A stretch of DNA of 64,000 bases, from contig OY729427.2 of assembly GCA_963422375.2 (NCBI GenBank), positions 928,001 to 992,000 of the forward strand, written 5' to 3'. The translations under genes were made by a program, and so were the position numbers. The notes under the pieces are model-generated. The model searched no databases, was not told the origin of the DNA, and saw nothing but the letters and a program-made list of their open reading frames with translations. Source of the DNA: Bryobacterales bacterium. Lineage in GTDB: Bacteria; Acidobacteriota; Terriglobia; Bryobacterales; UBA6623. Numbering within the stretch: the stretch's first letter is position 1; every line of letters starts with the position of its first letter. Positions 20,782 to 30,762 of the stretch are shown piece by piece.

Positions 20782-22637
20782 TGCTTGTGACAGAACGCGC
20801 AAGCCCTTAGTTTCCGGGCGGTTGCAGCAGGTCCGTGGGACGAAGATCGGGGCGATCCGGGCCGGCTTGCGCGCTTCCGGCGGTCAAGCGACAATCTTCG
20901 TTGAGGAACCGCCCGTGAGGACCGTTCAGGAGATCCAGCTCACCCTTGGCCGGACTGCAATCGAGGATATCGATCTCGACGTCCGTTCCCGCGACGATAT
21001 CCCGGCCATCTTGCTAGGAATACAATTCATCTATCGCACCGAGGAGTTGCGGGACAGGGTTTTCGGACTGCTCGAGAGCCGTATCCTCGGCCTCGGCGAG
21101 AGTAGCGGGAACGGCGGGAACGGCGAGAACGGAAGCGATCCTTCCGCAGGCGAGTCCGGCAGGATCAACCCTGCCGTCGGTCGTCCCGGCATGCAGCTGT
21201 GGAACATTCTCGTCCCGGGCCTGCTCAAGCAGGGATTGAATTGCGACTGCGACCGCGTGACGGAGCTGGCGAACAAGCACGCGGACGTCCGGCGCTTCCT
21301 CGGTCTGAACGCGACGCTCGACGAGCAGGTGTTCAGCTACCGGACAGTCAACCGGAATCCGAAGCTTCTCACGCCCGACCTCCTCGCGGAAATCAATCGG
21401 CTGGCCGTGCGGGAAGGGCACGCGCTGGCGGGGTGCGAGGAAGGCGATCCGCTGAAGGCGCGGCGCGACTCGTTCGCGGTGGAAACGAACGTGCATTGCC
21501 CGACGGACGTGAGTCTCCTATGGGACGCCTTGCGCTGCCTGATTCGCTCTATTGCGCCGCTGTGCAAGGGGCGCGGTATCGCGGTCTGGCGGCAGAGCGC
21601 GCGGCTGCCGAAGACGCTGAAGCAGGAATTCAACCGGGTGCGGCAGGCGAAGAGGAGGCAAGGCAACCCGGAGAGGGTGCGGTCGTACCTGGAGGCGGCC
21701 CTGGAGATAGCGCGGCGGGCGGAGGGTGCGCTGGCGGCCCTGGCGCGGGCCGGGGAAGACGAGGGAACCTTGGGAGCGGCAAGGAGTGACCTCGGGTACG
21801 TGCAGCTCCTGGCGGACCCGGTGGAGCGGCGCGTGCTGCGGGGGGAGAAGATCCCGCACGAGGGGAAAGTGTTCTCGATCTTCGAGGAACACACGCGCTG
21901 GTGCGTGAAAGGAAAAGCGGGGGTTCCGGTGGAGCCGGGCGTGCCGGTATGCATCGTGGAAAGCGAGCACCGATTCGTGATGAATCACGAAGTGACGTGG
22001 AAGGGGAGCGACGCGGACGTGGCGGTGGGAATCGTCGAGGGGGCGCAGGGGCTGTACGCGGGGCTGTCGAGCTGCAGCTTCGACCAGGGCTTTCACAGCC
22101 CGGCGAACCGGACGCGCTTGGCGGAACTGCTATCGTGCCACGCGATGCCGCGGAAGGGGAGGCTGTCGAAGGCGGCGAAGGAGACGGAAGGCGCGCCCGA
22201 ATTCGCGGCAGCGAGGCAGGCGCACCCGGCCGTGGAGTCCGCGATCAACAATCTCGAGTGCCGCGGTCCGGACAGGGTGACGGACCGGGGAGCGGAGGGA
22301 TTCGAGCGGATGATCGGGCTGGCGGTCCTGGCGGCGAACGTGCATCGAGTGGGCCGGATCGTGCGCGACAGAGAGAGGGAGCGTCTCAAGACGGAACCCT
22401 TGCCGCTGGCTGCATAGGCAGTCGGCAGCGATCTGAATTGCCCTGAATTGAAACCTTGAAGAGACGAGGTTCAGGAAAAGTTTACAACTAGAACAGAACT
22501 AACTGTATCCTCACAATGAAAATGGAATATGAGGCAATGAGTTCGGGTAATTGGCGCAGCCTGTTTCTTCCATAGCTATCATTTGGTGGGGATCTATTAG
22601 CTAGAATCCCCAAAATATCAGGGTTTTGTCACAAGCA
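20782..22637 (+). mobile_element. Complete insertion sequence (IS5-like/ISNCY DDE type), about 1856 bp
   Basis: Terminal inverted repeats TGCTTGTGACAGAAC (20782-20796) and GTTTTGTCACAAGCA (22623-22637), 14/15 match; CTAG on both flanks (20778-20781, 22638-22641). Confidence 0.9.
20915..22417 (+). CDS. Transposase
   Basis: SRDDIPAILLG, GRPGM, DSFAVETNVH.PTD, KVFSIFEEHT.W..KGKAG, SFDQGFHS, HPAVESAINNLE. Confidence 0.9.
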   Translation: MRTVQEIQLTLGRTAIEDIDLDVRSRDDIPAILLGIQFIYRTEELRDRVFGLLESRILGLGESSGNGGNGENGSDPSAGESGRINPAVGRPGMQLWNILVPGLLKQGLNCDCDRVTELANKHADVRRFLGLNATLDEQVFSYRTVNRNPKLLTPDLLAEINRLAVREGHALAGCEEGDPLKARRDSFAVETNVHCPTDVSLLWDALRCLIRSIAPLCKGRGIAVWRQSARLPKTLKQEFNRVRQAKRRQGNPERVRSYLEAALEIARRAEGALAALARAGEDEGTLGAARSDLGYVQLLADPVERRVLRGEKIPHEGKVFSIFEEHTRWCVKGKAGVPVEPGVPVCIVESEHRFVMNHEVTWKGSDADVAVGIVEGAQGLYAGLSSCSFDQGFHSPANRTRLAELLSCHAMPRKGRLSKAAKETEGAPEFAAARQAHPAVESAINNLECRGPDRVTDRGAEGFERMIGLAVLAANVHRVGRIVRDRERERLKTEPLPLAA

Positions 22638-23003
22638 CTAGTTTGCAACACCATCGGGCCGATTGCAAGATCGGCATGTGCCCCTGGAACCGGCAGGCAC
22701 GACATCTTGCGATGTTACGGTGTGGCCCCATATTCCCGTCGCGCTGGCCGCGCCAAGCAAGGGGCTCTCTGGCCGGCGAGCCTACCCTCGACAGCTCCGC
22801 GGCCCACACCGGCCGGCCCTCGTCACGGCGGCGATCCAATCGGGCAGCACCGTCCGCGCGGGAGGCTGGGTCGGCCTGCTCGCGCATCCGGCACATCGGG
22901 TGCCCGACGCGATGTCCGCGACCGGCGACGGTCCGCAGGGAGCCGGCAAGCCGTTCCGCAACTGCGGCGCCTCGGCGCCGAGGCGCCAGCCGCGGGGAGC
23001 GCA

Positions 23004-24128
23004 TCACGGAGCGGCAACGCCGGAGGCGCGAGACTCTGGCCTGGGTGCCATGCAATCGGAGTCCCGGTTGGAATGCAGGCCGACCGCCGACCGGTCGAAC
23101 GCGAACCTGAACCCGTTGGCGACGATTCCCGCAATCTCGGCCCACCCGAAGCCGAGGGACGCCAGGCACGCCAGCTCCTCCGCTAGCGACACGCCGAAGA
23201 AGGTCGGGTCGTCCGTGCTGATCGCCAGCGGCACGCCTGCCTCGTAGAGACTTCGCGCCGGGTGTCGCTCGAGCGACGGGTACACGCCCGTGCGCACGTT
23301 GCTTGTCGGGCAGACTTCCAGCGGAATCCCCCGCTCCGCGAGGCAGCGGACCAGGGCCGGATCCTCGATCGCCCGGACGCCGTGCCCGATTCGCTCCACT
23401 TCAAGAATCCTCAGGGCGTCCCATACGCTCTGCGGCCCGAGGGCCTCCCCGGCGTGGACCGTGGTGCGCAAGCCCCCCTCGCGGGCGATCTGGTAGGCCC
23501 GCCGAAAGGGACCGGGCGGGCTCAGGTGCTCGGCACCGCCCAGCGTCAAGCCCACGACCGACCGCGGGCGAGACTTCAGCACCCGGACCAGCAGTTTCTC
23601 GGCGGCGTCCGGCCCGAGGGTGCGGACCGGATCGACGATCCAGCGCAGCCGGGGCGGCTCGGGCCGCGGCTCGCCGAGCGCGGCAAGCAGATCCTCCAAC
23701 GCGATTCCCTGCTGCAAGTATTCGGGCAGCGACACCGTGACTTCGGCATAGAGCACCCTCTGGCGCCGCAGGCCGCTGCGAACCGCGTCGATCAGGTCCC
23801 GGAAATCGACGATGTGCCGGACGAAGTGGCCGGTGAAGACGTACGCGGCGAGGAAATCCTCGAGCGAGGCGTATTGGAAGAGCACGCCGGCCTCGGCCGC
23901 AGGATCCGGCGACTCCACGATTCGGCGGATGCCGGGATGCCGCAGCATCCATGCCAGCGTCCGCGGTCGCGCACCCTCTATCGCGCGGGCCGGCGGGTAC
24001 TTCCGGAAACGCTCCCGCAGGAAGGGAAGCGGGATGGCACCTCTCAGGTGAAGGTGCAGCTCGGCCTTCGGTAGCCTCTGCAGGTCCTCGAGCGATCGGG
24101 GCTCGGAGGAATCGCGCAGGGAGGGCAT
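23004..24128 (-). CDS. add: Adenosine/adenine deaminase
   Basis: LPKAELHLHL, VHAGE, RIGHG, LEVCPTSN, STDDP. Confidence 0.92.
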   Translation of the reverse strand: MPSLRDSSEPRSLEDLQRLPKAELHLHLRGAIPLPFLRERFRKYPPARAIEGARPRTLAWMLRHPGIRRIVESPDPAAEAGVLFQYASLEDFLAAYVFTGHFVRHIVDFRDLIDAVRSGLRRQRVLYAEVTVSLPEYLQQGIALEDLLAALGEPRPEPPRLRWIVDPVRTLGPDAAEKLLVRVLKSRPRSVVGLTLGGAEHLSPPGPFRRAYQIAREGGLRTTVHAGEALGPQSVWDALRILEVERIGHGVRAIEDPALVRCLAERGIPLEVCPTSNVRTGVYPSLERHPARSLYEAGVPLAISTDDPTFFGVSLAEELACLASLGFGWAEIAGIVANGFRFAFDRSAVGLHSNRDSDCMAPRPESRASGVAAP

Positions 24129-24183
24129 CTCCCTCGGGTGCGTCGGACGCGCGAGCGAGGCCGCGAGGCCCCCGCGCCCGCGC

Positions 24184-25689
24184 TCAGCCGCGCTCCCCGT
24201 ACTGCGCCCGCAGCGCGGCAAGGTCGGCCCGCAGTTCCTCCGCCAGCTGGGCGTGGCCCGGCTCGCCGTAGAGATTCCGCAGCTCGTGCGGGTCCTCGCG
24301 GAGATCGAAGAGTTCCCAGTAGTCGCCCTCGCCGTAGTACTCGATCAGCTTGTACCGGTCGGTTCGAACGCCCCGATGCGGTCCCACTCGGTGGGGCGTC
24401 CAGAATCGGAAGGTCGGATCTGTCATCTGGTCGCGAGCCATGTCGCGGAAGGCCCAGGAGTTCTCGTAATAGCTGTAGAGGATCGCCTGCCGCCAGTCCG
24501 AGGGGAGGTCGCCCTCCAAGATCCGGCGCAGGCTGCGCCCCTGCATCGCTTCGGGCACTCGCACACCCGCGAAGTCGAGGATCGTGGGGGCGATGTCCAC
24601 GTTCAGGGCTGCCCGCTCGGGAACCTGCCCGGATCCGACCAGCCTGGGATAGCGCACGAGCAGCGGGATCCGCAGCGCCGGCTCGTACATGAACCGCTTG
24701 TCGTACCACCCGTGCTCGCCGAGGAAAAAGCCGTTGTCGGTGGTGTAGACGATCAGGGTGTCCTCGGCCAGCCCCGCGTGGTCGAGATAGTCGAGCACGC
24801 CCCCTAGGTTTTCGTCGACACCGTAAACGGCGCGGTGGTGGTCCTTGACGAAGCGCTGGAAGATCCATTCCCGCCGGGCGTCCGGCCCCAGGCCCACCGG
24901 AAGGTCGGGGTAGTCCCCGGCCAAGCTGGCCTCGAAGCGCATGTCCTCGGCTTCGGCAGCCACCCGCCGCGTGGAGTAGTCGTCGTCGTACGAGGGCGGC
25001 TTCGGCCAGTCCGTGCCGTCGAACAACCGCGCATGGCGGGGCGCGGGCGTGAACGGGCGGTGCGGCGCCTTGTGCTGGTAGAGAAGGCAGAACGGCGCGT
25101 CCCCGCCCCGTCGCAGGAAGTCGAGCGCGAAGTCCGTCGTGACGTCGGTGGCATACCCGGACTCCTCGGAGACCCGGCCTCCGGCGATGAAGTCCGGGTC
25201 GAAGTAGACGCCCTGGCCGGGCAGGATCTTCCACTCGTCAAAGCCTCGGGGCTCCTCGCGGAGGTGCCACTTGCCCACCAGCCCCGTCCGGTAGCCGGCC
25301 TCCCGAAGGAGCTGCGGGAACGTGGGCAGTGACGGGTCCAGACTTTCTACGGCGTCGGACTTCTCGGAATTCCCGCGGATTCCGTGGATATGCGAATAGC
25401 ATCCAGTGAGCACGCTCGCGCGCGAGGGGGCGCACAGGGAGTTGGTGCAGTAGGCGTTGGCGAACCGCGCACCCTCGGCCGCCAGCCGGTCCATGTTCGG
25501 CGTTCGCAGCAGGGGGTGACCGGCGCAGCTCATCTGGCCGTGTTGCTGGTCGTCCGTCATGACGAAGAGAATGTTCGGACGGGGAACGCCGGAGCCTCCG
25601 CAGCGGGTGAGCAGGGCCGCGGCCCCGCCCGCCATGGCCCGCACGGCCGCCCGGCGGGTGGGATTCCCGGTCTCTCCTACTGGCCGCAC
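24184..25689 (-). CDS. Formylglycine-dependent sulfatase, likely exported
   Basis: PNILFVMTDD, LCAPSRASVLTG (CxPxR), GKWHL, GEHGWYDKR; TRRAA twin-arginine-like N-terminus; start uncertain. Confidence 0.92.
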   Translation of the reverse strand: MRPVGETGNPTRRAAVRAMAGGAAALLTRCGGSGVPRPNILFVMTDDQQHGQMSCAGHPLLRTPNMDRLAAEGARFANAYCTNSLCAPSRASVLTGCYSHIHGIRGNSEKSDAVESLDPSLPTFPQLLREAGYRTGLVGKWHLREEPRGFDEWKILPGQGVYFDPDFIAGGRVSEESGYATDVTTDFALDFLRRGGDAPFCLLYQHKAPHRPFTPAPRHARLFDGTDWPKPPSYDDDYSTRRVAAEAEDMRFEASLAGDYPDLPVGLGPDARREWIFQRFVKDHHRAVYGVDENLGGVLDYLDHAGLAEDTLIVYTTDNGFFLGEHGWYDKRFMYEPALRIPLLVRYPRLVGSGQVPERAALNVDIAPTILDFAGVRVPEAMQGRSLRRILEGDLPSDWRQAILYSYYENSWAFRDMARDQMTDPTFRFWTPHRVGPHRGVRTDRYKLIEYYGEGDYWELFDLREDPHELRNLYGEPGHAQLAEELRADLAALRAQYGERG

Positions 25690-26492
25690 GCTTCCGGGCC
25701 TCCTCCGGCGGCCGCCCACGGCGGCCGCTCCTTGCTCAGGAACGCCTGGACGCCGGCCCGCCCCTCCGCGGACGAGCGGCGCACCGCCAGCGCCTCGGCC
25801 GTGCGCTCTCGCATCTGCGCGTCGAGCGGCCGGCCGGCGATCTCCCGGACGAGCTGCTTGCATTCGAGCTGCGCTCCGGGCGCCCCCTTGACGAGATTCC
25901 GCGCCATCGCGTCGGTCGCATCGCCGAGCCGGTCGTGAGCGACCACCTCGTCAACCAGCCCCCACTCGGCCGCCCGCGCCGCCGGGACGCGCTCGCCCGT
26001 CAGCATCAGCCGTCTCGCGACGCGAGGCCCCAGCGCCTCCACGAGATACGGGCCGACCATCGCCGGGATCAGCCCCAGGCGGACCTCGCTCAGGCGGAAG
26101 AACGCACGCTCCGAAGCCACGGCGAGATCGCAGCATGCGACGAGGCCTACGCCCCCGCCCACCGCGGCGCCCTGCACGCGGGCGACCGTCGGCTGCGACA
26201 GCGAGCTCAGGACACGGAGCATCTCGACAAAACGGCGTGTGTCGGCGAGGTTCTCCTCCGGGCCGGCCGAGCCCATGCGCCCCATCGCACGCAGGTCCGC
26301 GCCCGCGCTGAAGCAGGTGCCCGCACCCGCCAGCACGACAGCGCGGACGGAGGGGTCGCTTCCGACGTCCTTCAGTCCGCGCACGAGATCCCCTACGGTG
26401 GCCGCGTCAAGGGCGTTGCGCGCCTCGGGCCGGTTCAGGACGAGCGTCGCGACGCAGCCCGCCCGCTCCAGAAGCACGCGACACGAAGCCAT
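25677..26492 (-). CDS. Enoyl-CoA hydratase family (methylglutaconyl-CoA hydratase-like)
   Basis: LNRPEARNAL, FSAGADL, GGGVGLVACCD, LSEVRLGLIPA. Confidence 0.9.
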   Translation of the reverse strand: MASCRVLLERAGCVATLVLNRPEARNALDAATVGDLVRGLKDVGSDPSVRAVVLAGAGTCFSAGADLRAMGRMGSAGPEENLADTRRFVEMLRVLSSLSQPTVARVQGAAVGGGVGLVACCDLAVASERAFFRLSEVRLGLIPAMVGPYLVEALGPRVARRLMLTGERVPAARAAEWGLVDEVVAHDRLGDATDAMARNLVKGAPGAQLECKQLVREIAGRPLDAQMRERTAEALAVRRSSAEGRAGVQAFLSKERPPWAAAGGGPEACGQ

Positions 26493-26571
26493 CGCCCTAG
26501 GGATCATAGCCCACCGGGCCCGCCGGGCCACGGACGGCTCCTCCCGCACGCGATTCCGGGGCGCGGCGGCG

Positions 26572-27075
26572 CTAGAGAAGTTCCGCGATCTCGGCCTCGT
26601 AGGTCCCCTTGGGAACCAAGCCCGTGTGGCGGCGGACGACGTTGCCCGAGCGGTCCACGATCAGCGTTGTGGGCAAGGCGTGGATCCCACCGAAGTCATC
26701 GGCCAGCGGGTCGTCTCCAAGGACGACCGGGAAGTTCAGCTGCAGCTCGTTCGCGAAAGCTCGCACCGGCTCGGGCCCGTTCACGTCGAGCGAGATCGCG
26801 AGCACGGTGAAGCCTTGGTCCTTGTACTTGCGCTGAAAGTCGACGAACCACGGCATCTCGATCTTGCAGGGCCCGCACCAGGTCGCCCAGAAGTTGACTA
26901 GGGCCACGTTGCCGCCCAGATCCTCGTTGGTGACGAGATTGCCGTCCAAGTCCTGGACGCTGAACTCCGGAAGCGGCGTGGGCTCCGCCGCCCAATAGGC
27001 TGGCGGGGCGGAGGAGCAGGCTGCGGCGGCGAGGGTCAGCGCGAGCAGGATCGGGTGGACGGCTTTGCGGGTCAT
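26572..27075 (-). CDS. TlpA-family thiol-disulfide oxidoreductase lipoprotein
   Basis: LAAAAC lipobox, NFWATWCGPC, LPTTLIVD. Confidence 0.92.
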   Translation of the reverse strand: MTRKAVHPILLALTLAAAACSSAPPAYWAAEPTPLPEFSVQDLDGNLVTNEDLGGNVALVNFWATWCGPCKIEMPWFVDFQRKYKDQGFTVLAISLDVNGPEPVRAFANELQLNFPVVLGDDPLADDFGGIHALPTTLIVDRSGNVVRRHTGLVPKGTYEAEIAELL

Positions 27076-27110
27076 CTTGGGATACGGCGCGCTGGTTCGG
27101 CCTACGTCGA

Positions 27111-28643
27111 TTATAGGGAGTCAACCGCCGAGGGGGCACGGATCCCGCCCTTCGGGGCGCGGTTCTCGACCCGCACGCCCAGTCTTCCGCGATGCAGCCT
27201 TACGGAGAGCGCCTCGCCCAAGCTGACTTGGCCGCTGTCGCGAACGGCCTCGCCCGAGCCGGAATGCAGGATCGAATAGCCGCGCTCTAGGATCGCGAGC
27301 GGGCTCAGGGCGTGCAGCCGACCCAGTGCCGAGCCGAATCGCGACGTCCTGCGATCCAATGCCGCCCGAACTGACCGAGGCAGGCGCGCCGCCGGCCCGG
27401 CAAGGCGTTCGGCTTCCCGGGCGAGCCGCCCGCGCAGGATTCCTGAGGTTGCGGGCACCGCCGCCAGCCGCGACCCGCGGTCGTCCAGCGCTCTGCGCAT
27501 TGCGGGCACCAAGCGCGCTGCCAGGGATCGCAGCCGCTCGGACTGCCGGGCGAGCCGGATCCGCAGGTCCAAGGCGGCGAGATTCCGCTCGGCGCGCTCG
27601 AAACGAATTCGAGCCGCCCGGACCCGAGCGGCCTGTGTCGCGCGCAGGGCCAGTTCCGCATCGTCCAGGCGCTGGCCCGCATCGCCCACCCGACGCCCCA
27701 CCGTCAGCGCCGCGCGGTCCATGCCATTGCGCAGGACGACATTGCGGAGGCGGGCGAACAAGAAAGTCGTCGCCTTCGCGACTCGCGCCTCCGTCCCTTC
27801 CAACGCCTGGCGGATGCCCGCCGCCTCGGGCACCGCCCGCTCGGCCGCTACCGACGGCGTGGCGGCCCGCACGTCGGCCACAAAGTCGGCGATCGTGACG
27901 TCGGTCTCGTGCCCGACGGCGGACACGACCGGCATCGCCGCGGCGGCGATGGCCCGCGCCACCCGCTCGTCGTTGAACGCCCAGAGGTCCTCCAAGGATC
28001 CCCCGCCCCGCCCGACGATGACGACGTCGGCCCAGTCCCGCGTGCCGAAGTAACGAACACCGGCGGCGATCTCCTCGGCGGCCCCCTCTCCCTGGACGCG
28101 AACGGGATACAGGCGGATGTGCAGGCCGGGAAAGCGGCTCTCGATGACGCGCAGCATGTCCGCGATAACCGCCCCGGTAGGCGATGTGACAATGCCGATC
28201 CGGCTCGGAATCGGCGGCAGCCGGCGCTTGCGGTCGGCGTCGAACAGCCCATCGGCGCCGAGCCGAGCCTTAAGGCGCTCGAACTGCACCTGAAGGGCAC
28301 CCCGGCCCTGGAGCTCCAGCGCCTCGACGTACAGCTGGTAGCGCCCCTGTTGGGGATAGACGCTCACGCGGCCGCGAGCGATCACTTCCAAGCCGCCAGC
28401 CGGCTTGACGCGCAGGAAGCGGGCGCGGCCGCGGAAGCAAACGCAAGAGATCTGCGCGCTTTCGTCCTTAAGCGTGAAGTACCAGTGACCGCTCCGATGC
28501 ATCTTGGCGTTCGAGATCTCGCCGGAGACCCGCACGCTAGGGAAGTTCCCCTCGATGAGGCCCCTGAGCTCGGCCGTCAGATCCGCGACGGAGTAGACGC
28601 TCCTCCCGGATCCGAAGCTGAGCAGTTCTGCCCGGGCGCTCAC
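27111..28643 (-). CDS. xseA: Exodeoxyribonuclease VII large subunit
   Basis: VSGEISN..SGHWYFTLKD, GRGGGSLEDLWAFN, SAVGHETD, ATPS, LSPLAILERGYS. Confidence 0.96.
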   Translation of the reverse strand: MSARAELLSFGSGRSVYSVADLTAELRGLIEGNFPSVRVSGEISNAKMHRSGHWYFTLKDESAQISCVCFRGRARFLRVKPAGGLEVIARGRVSVYPQQGRYQLYVEALELQGRGALQVQFERLKARLGADGLFDADRKRRLPPIPSRIGIVTSPTGAVIADMLRVIESRFPGLHIRLYPVRVQGEGAAEEIAAGVRYFGTRDWADVVIVGRGGGSLEDLWAFNDERVARAIAAAAMPVVSAVGHETDVTIADFVADVRAATPSVAAERAVPEAAGIRQALEGTEARVAKATTFLFARLRNVVLRNGMDRAALTVGRRVGDAGQRLDDAELALRATQAARVRAARIRFERAERNLAALDLRIRLARQSERLRSLAARLVPAMRRALDDRGSRLAAVPATSGILRGRLAREAERLAGPAARLPRSVRAALDRRTSRFGSALGRLHALSPLAILERGYSILHSGSGEAVRDSGQVSLGEALSVRLHRGRLGVRVENRAPKGGIRAPSAVDSL

Positions 28644-30196
28644 GGCTGGCGAGCCTCCCGACGGCCGCGGAAGGCGCCAACGGCGCCCAGAACCAAGGCG
28701 CCTAGGACCGCGCCGACGATGGCCAGCAGATCCAGGCAGGCCCGGAATGCCGGATCGATCTCGATCATCCAGCCCTGCATGCGGAGTCCGTGGGCGTAAT
28801 AGGTGGCGACGACGGAAAGGGCGAGCAAGCTGGTGACGAGAGCGGCCAGCCGCGTTCCGTGATCCCCGCCTCCGGGAGAGGCGCGACGGGCCCACGCCGT
28901 CGCCGCGGGGGTCGCCAGCGCCGCCGCGGCGATGTCGCGGCCGAAGAACGAATAGAGGAATTCCTGCCGCACCACGGAGCTGATGGAGTATCCCAGCTGG
29001 AAGAGATAGAAGAGGCCGTAGTATGCGGCGGCGAACGCGGCCACGCCCCCCGCGAACGCCGCGAGCGGCTGCCGGTGGACCGCCCACGCCGCCACCGCCA
29101 GGAACCATGCGCAGGCCGCCAGCGATAGCGGGACGCGGCGTCTCCTCGCGGCCTCGGCCGCCTCCGCCGTGTCGGGCAGGTGGCGCAGAAGGGCGTCCCG
29201 CTGCACGCGCTCGAGCTCCCGCAGGCCGGGCGCCAGGTCCGCCGGGACATCCAAGGCGTCCCACAGGACCCTTCCCTGGCTGTTGGCAGGGATCGGCAGG
29301 CCCAAGAGCATGCTCGCGGTCGGCGCGACATCGAGGATGCGCGCCTCGGACGGACGGGAGACCCGGATTCCAGGCCCTGCCATCGCGAACGGGGCCGACA
29401 GGACCTCCGGCTCGGTCCCGCCGTGCCCGCCCTTGCCCCAGCGGTGGATATGACCGTGGTCGGACAACGCCAGCACGGCCGTGCCGGGACCGGCCGCTGC
29501 GACCAGGCGGCCCAGGCAATCGTCCGCGGCGGAGGTCACTTGGCGATACCCGTGCGACCGGCCGCCCCAGTAGTGGCCGGCCTCGTCACCTGCCACCAAG
29601 CCGACCACCTGCAGCGCCGCAGGGGCCTCGCGAATCGAGGCGAGGGCCTCCTCGCAGGCGCTCGCCTGCCACCCGGCCAGGTCGGCAGGGCCGCCAACCG
29701 GCGGCTTGCCGGGCAGCGGGCGGAACGCGGAGATGTGCGCACGGAACGCGCGCGGCCAGAACCGCGTTCCGAGCACGAACGTTTCCATGCCTGCGCGCCG
29801 GGCCATGCCGAGCAGGGACTGGACCGGGGGCGCGTCGAACCGCCCGTTGTTGGTGACGCCGCTGACCTCGGGCGAAGCTCCCGTGACGAGCGCCGCACGC
29901 GCCGGGTTGGAGAGCGAGGGCGCCGTGACCCGCATTTCCCCGGAGGCCCCGCGCTCCGCCAGCGAGCCGAAGCTGGGCAGGTCCGCGGCGCGGTCGCTGC
30001 GCAAGCCGTCCAGAATGACGATCAGCAAGCCGTCGGCCAGCGCCGGTCCGGCGTCGAAATGCCGATCCAGGGCGTACTCGCTGCGATAGCCCTGCACCGA
30101 CGCCCACAGGCTGGCGGCGACCGCCGCGCTGGCGCAGGCCAGCACGACGAGGTACAGCAGCGGGAACGCGGATCCGAGCGAGCGCACCGCATCCAT
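28640..30196 (-). CDS. Membrane-anchored alkaline phosphatase superfamily protein
   Basis: VILDGLR, PSLSNP, DEAGH, LSDHGH..GGHGG; N- and C-terminal TM helices; stop overlaps xseA start. Confidence 0.8.
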   Translation of the reverse strand: MDAVRSLGSAFPLLYLVVLACASAAVAASLWASVQGYRSEYALDRHFDAGPALADGLLIVILDGLRSDRAADLPSFGSLAERGASGEMRVTAPSLSNPARAALVTGASPEVSGVTNNGRFDAPPVQSLLGMARRAGMETFVLGTRFWPRAFRAHISAFRPLPGKPPVGGPADLAGWQASACEEALASIREAPAALQVVGLVAGDEAGHYWGGRSHGYRQVTSAADDCLGRLVAAAGPGTAVLALSDHGHIHRWGKGGHGGTEPEVLSAPFAMAGPGIRVSRPSEARILDVAPTASMLLGLPIPANSQGRVLWDALDVPADLAPGLRELERVQRDALLRHLPDTAEAAEAARRRRVPLSLAACAWFLAVAAWAVHRQPLAAFAGGVAAFAAAYYGLFYLFQLGYSISSVVRQEFLYSFFGRDIAAAALATPAATAWARRASPGGGDHGTRLAALVTSLLALSVVATYYAHGLRMQGWMIEIDPAFRACLDLLAIVGAVLGALVLGAVGAFRGRREARQP

Positions 30197-30252
30197 TATC
30201 GCGATTGGCCGACCCGGGCGGGCGGCGGCGTCCCCTAGAATGGTAGGCACCG

Positions 30253-30501
30253 ATGGCTCCTGTCTCGAACTTCAAGGATCTCGTCGGCCAGGCTCCCGAC
30301 CGCCTCGACCTCGCTACCCGCGAGGCGACCGTGGGCAAGGTCATCGCGATGCGCATCTACTCGCCGCAGAACCTAGCACTTCAGCGGATCGAGGCGATCG
30401 GCGACTCCGTTCGCGAATGCGTCGAGAACCTGCGGGAGCGCGGGCTCGATCCCCTCGACCACGAGTTCACCCGCCTAAATCCGCCCTTCCTGGCTCGCTG
30501 A
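30253..30501 (+). CDS. Small hypothetical protein
   Basis: 82-aa ORF with genome-typical codon usage filling an intergenic gap; TAGAAT upstream. Confidence 0.55.
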   Translation: MAPVSNFKDLVGQAPDRLDLATREATVGKVIAMRIYSPQNLALQRIEAIGDSVRECVENLRERGLDPLDHEFTRLNPPFLAR

Positions 30502-30699
30502 ACAGGAGCGGGCATCGCGCCGTTCGGCGAGGCACGCCGGGCGCGCAGGTAGAAGTCCGGGCACGCGGTCTCAGGCTGACCGGGCCGTCGGCACCGTCTC
30601 GCCCGCCAATTCCCGCGAGGCTGCGCTCGGAATCCGCGAGATCCGGGAAGGCTTAGCGGCGCATCCGCCCCTGGATCGAGAATTTCTTACTGACGGCGC

Positions 30700-30750
30700 T
30701 TGACAGTCGCGCCACTGACATGTATCATTCCGTTATATCGATCAGATATA
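30700..30750 (+). promoter_or_regulatory. Sigma70 promoter with downstream palindromic operator
   Basis: TTGACA (30700-30705)-N17-TATCAT (30723-30728); inverted repeat TATATC-N5-GATATA (30734-30750) just before the PadR start. Confidence 0.75.
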
Positions 30751-30762
30751 TCTACCAGAGCG

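Noticed and set aside
22642..23000. Continuation of the TPR fragment on the far side of the IS
   Set aside because: Rejoining across CTAG gives no convincing TPR-like frame.
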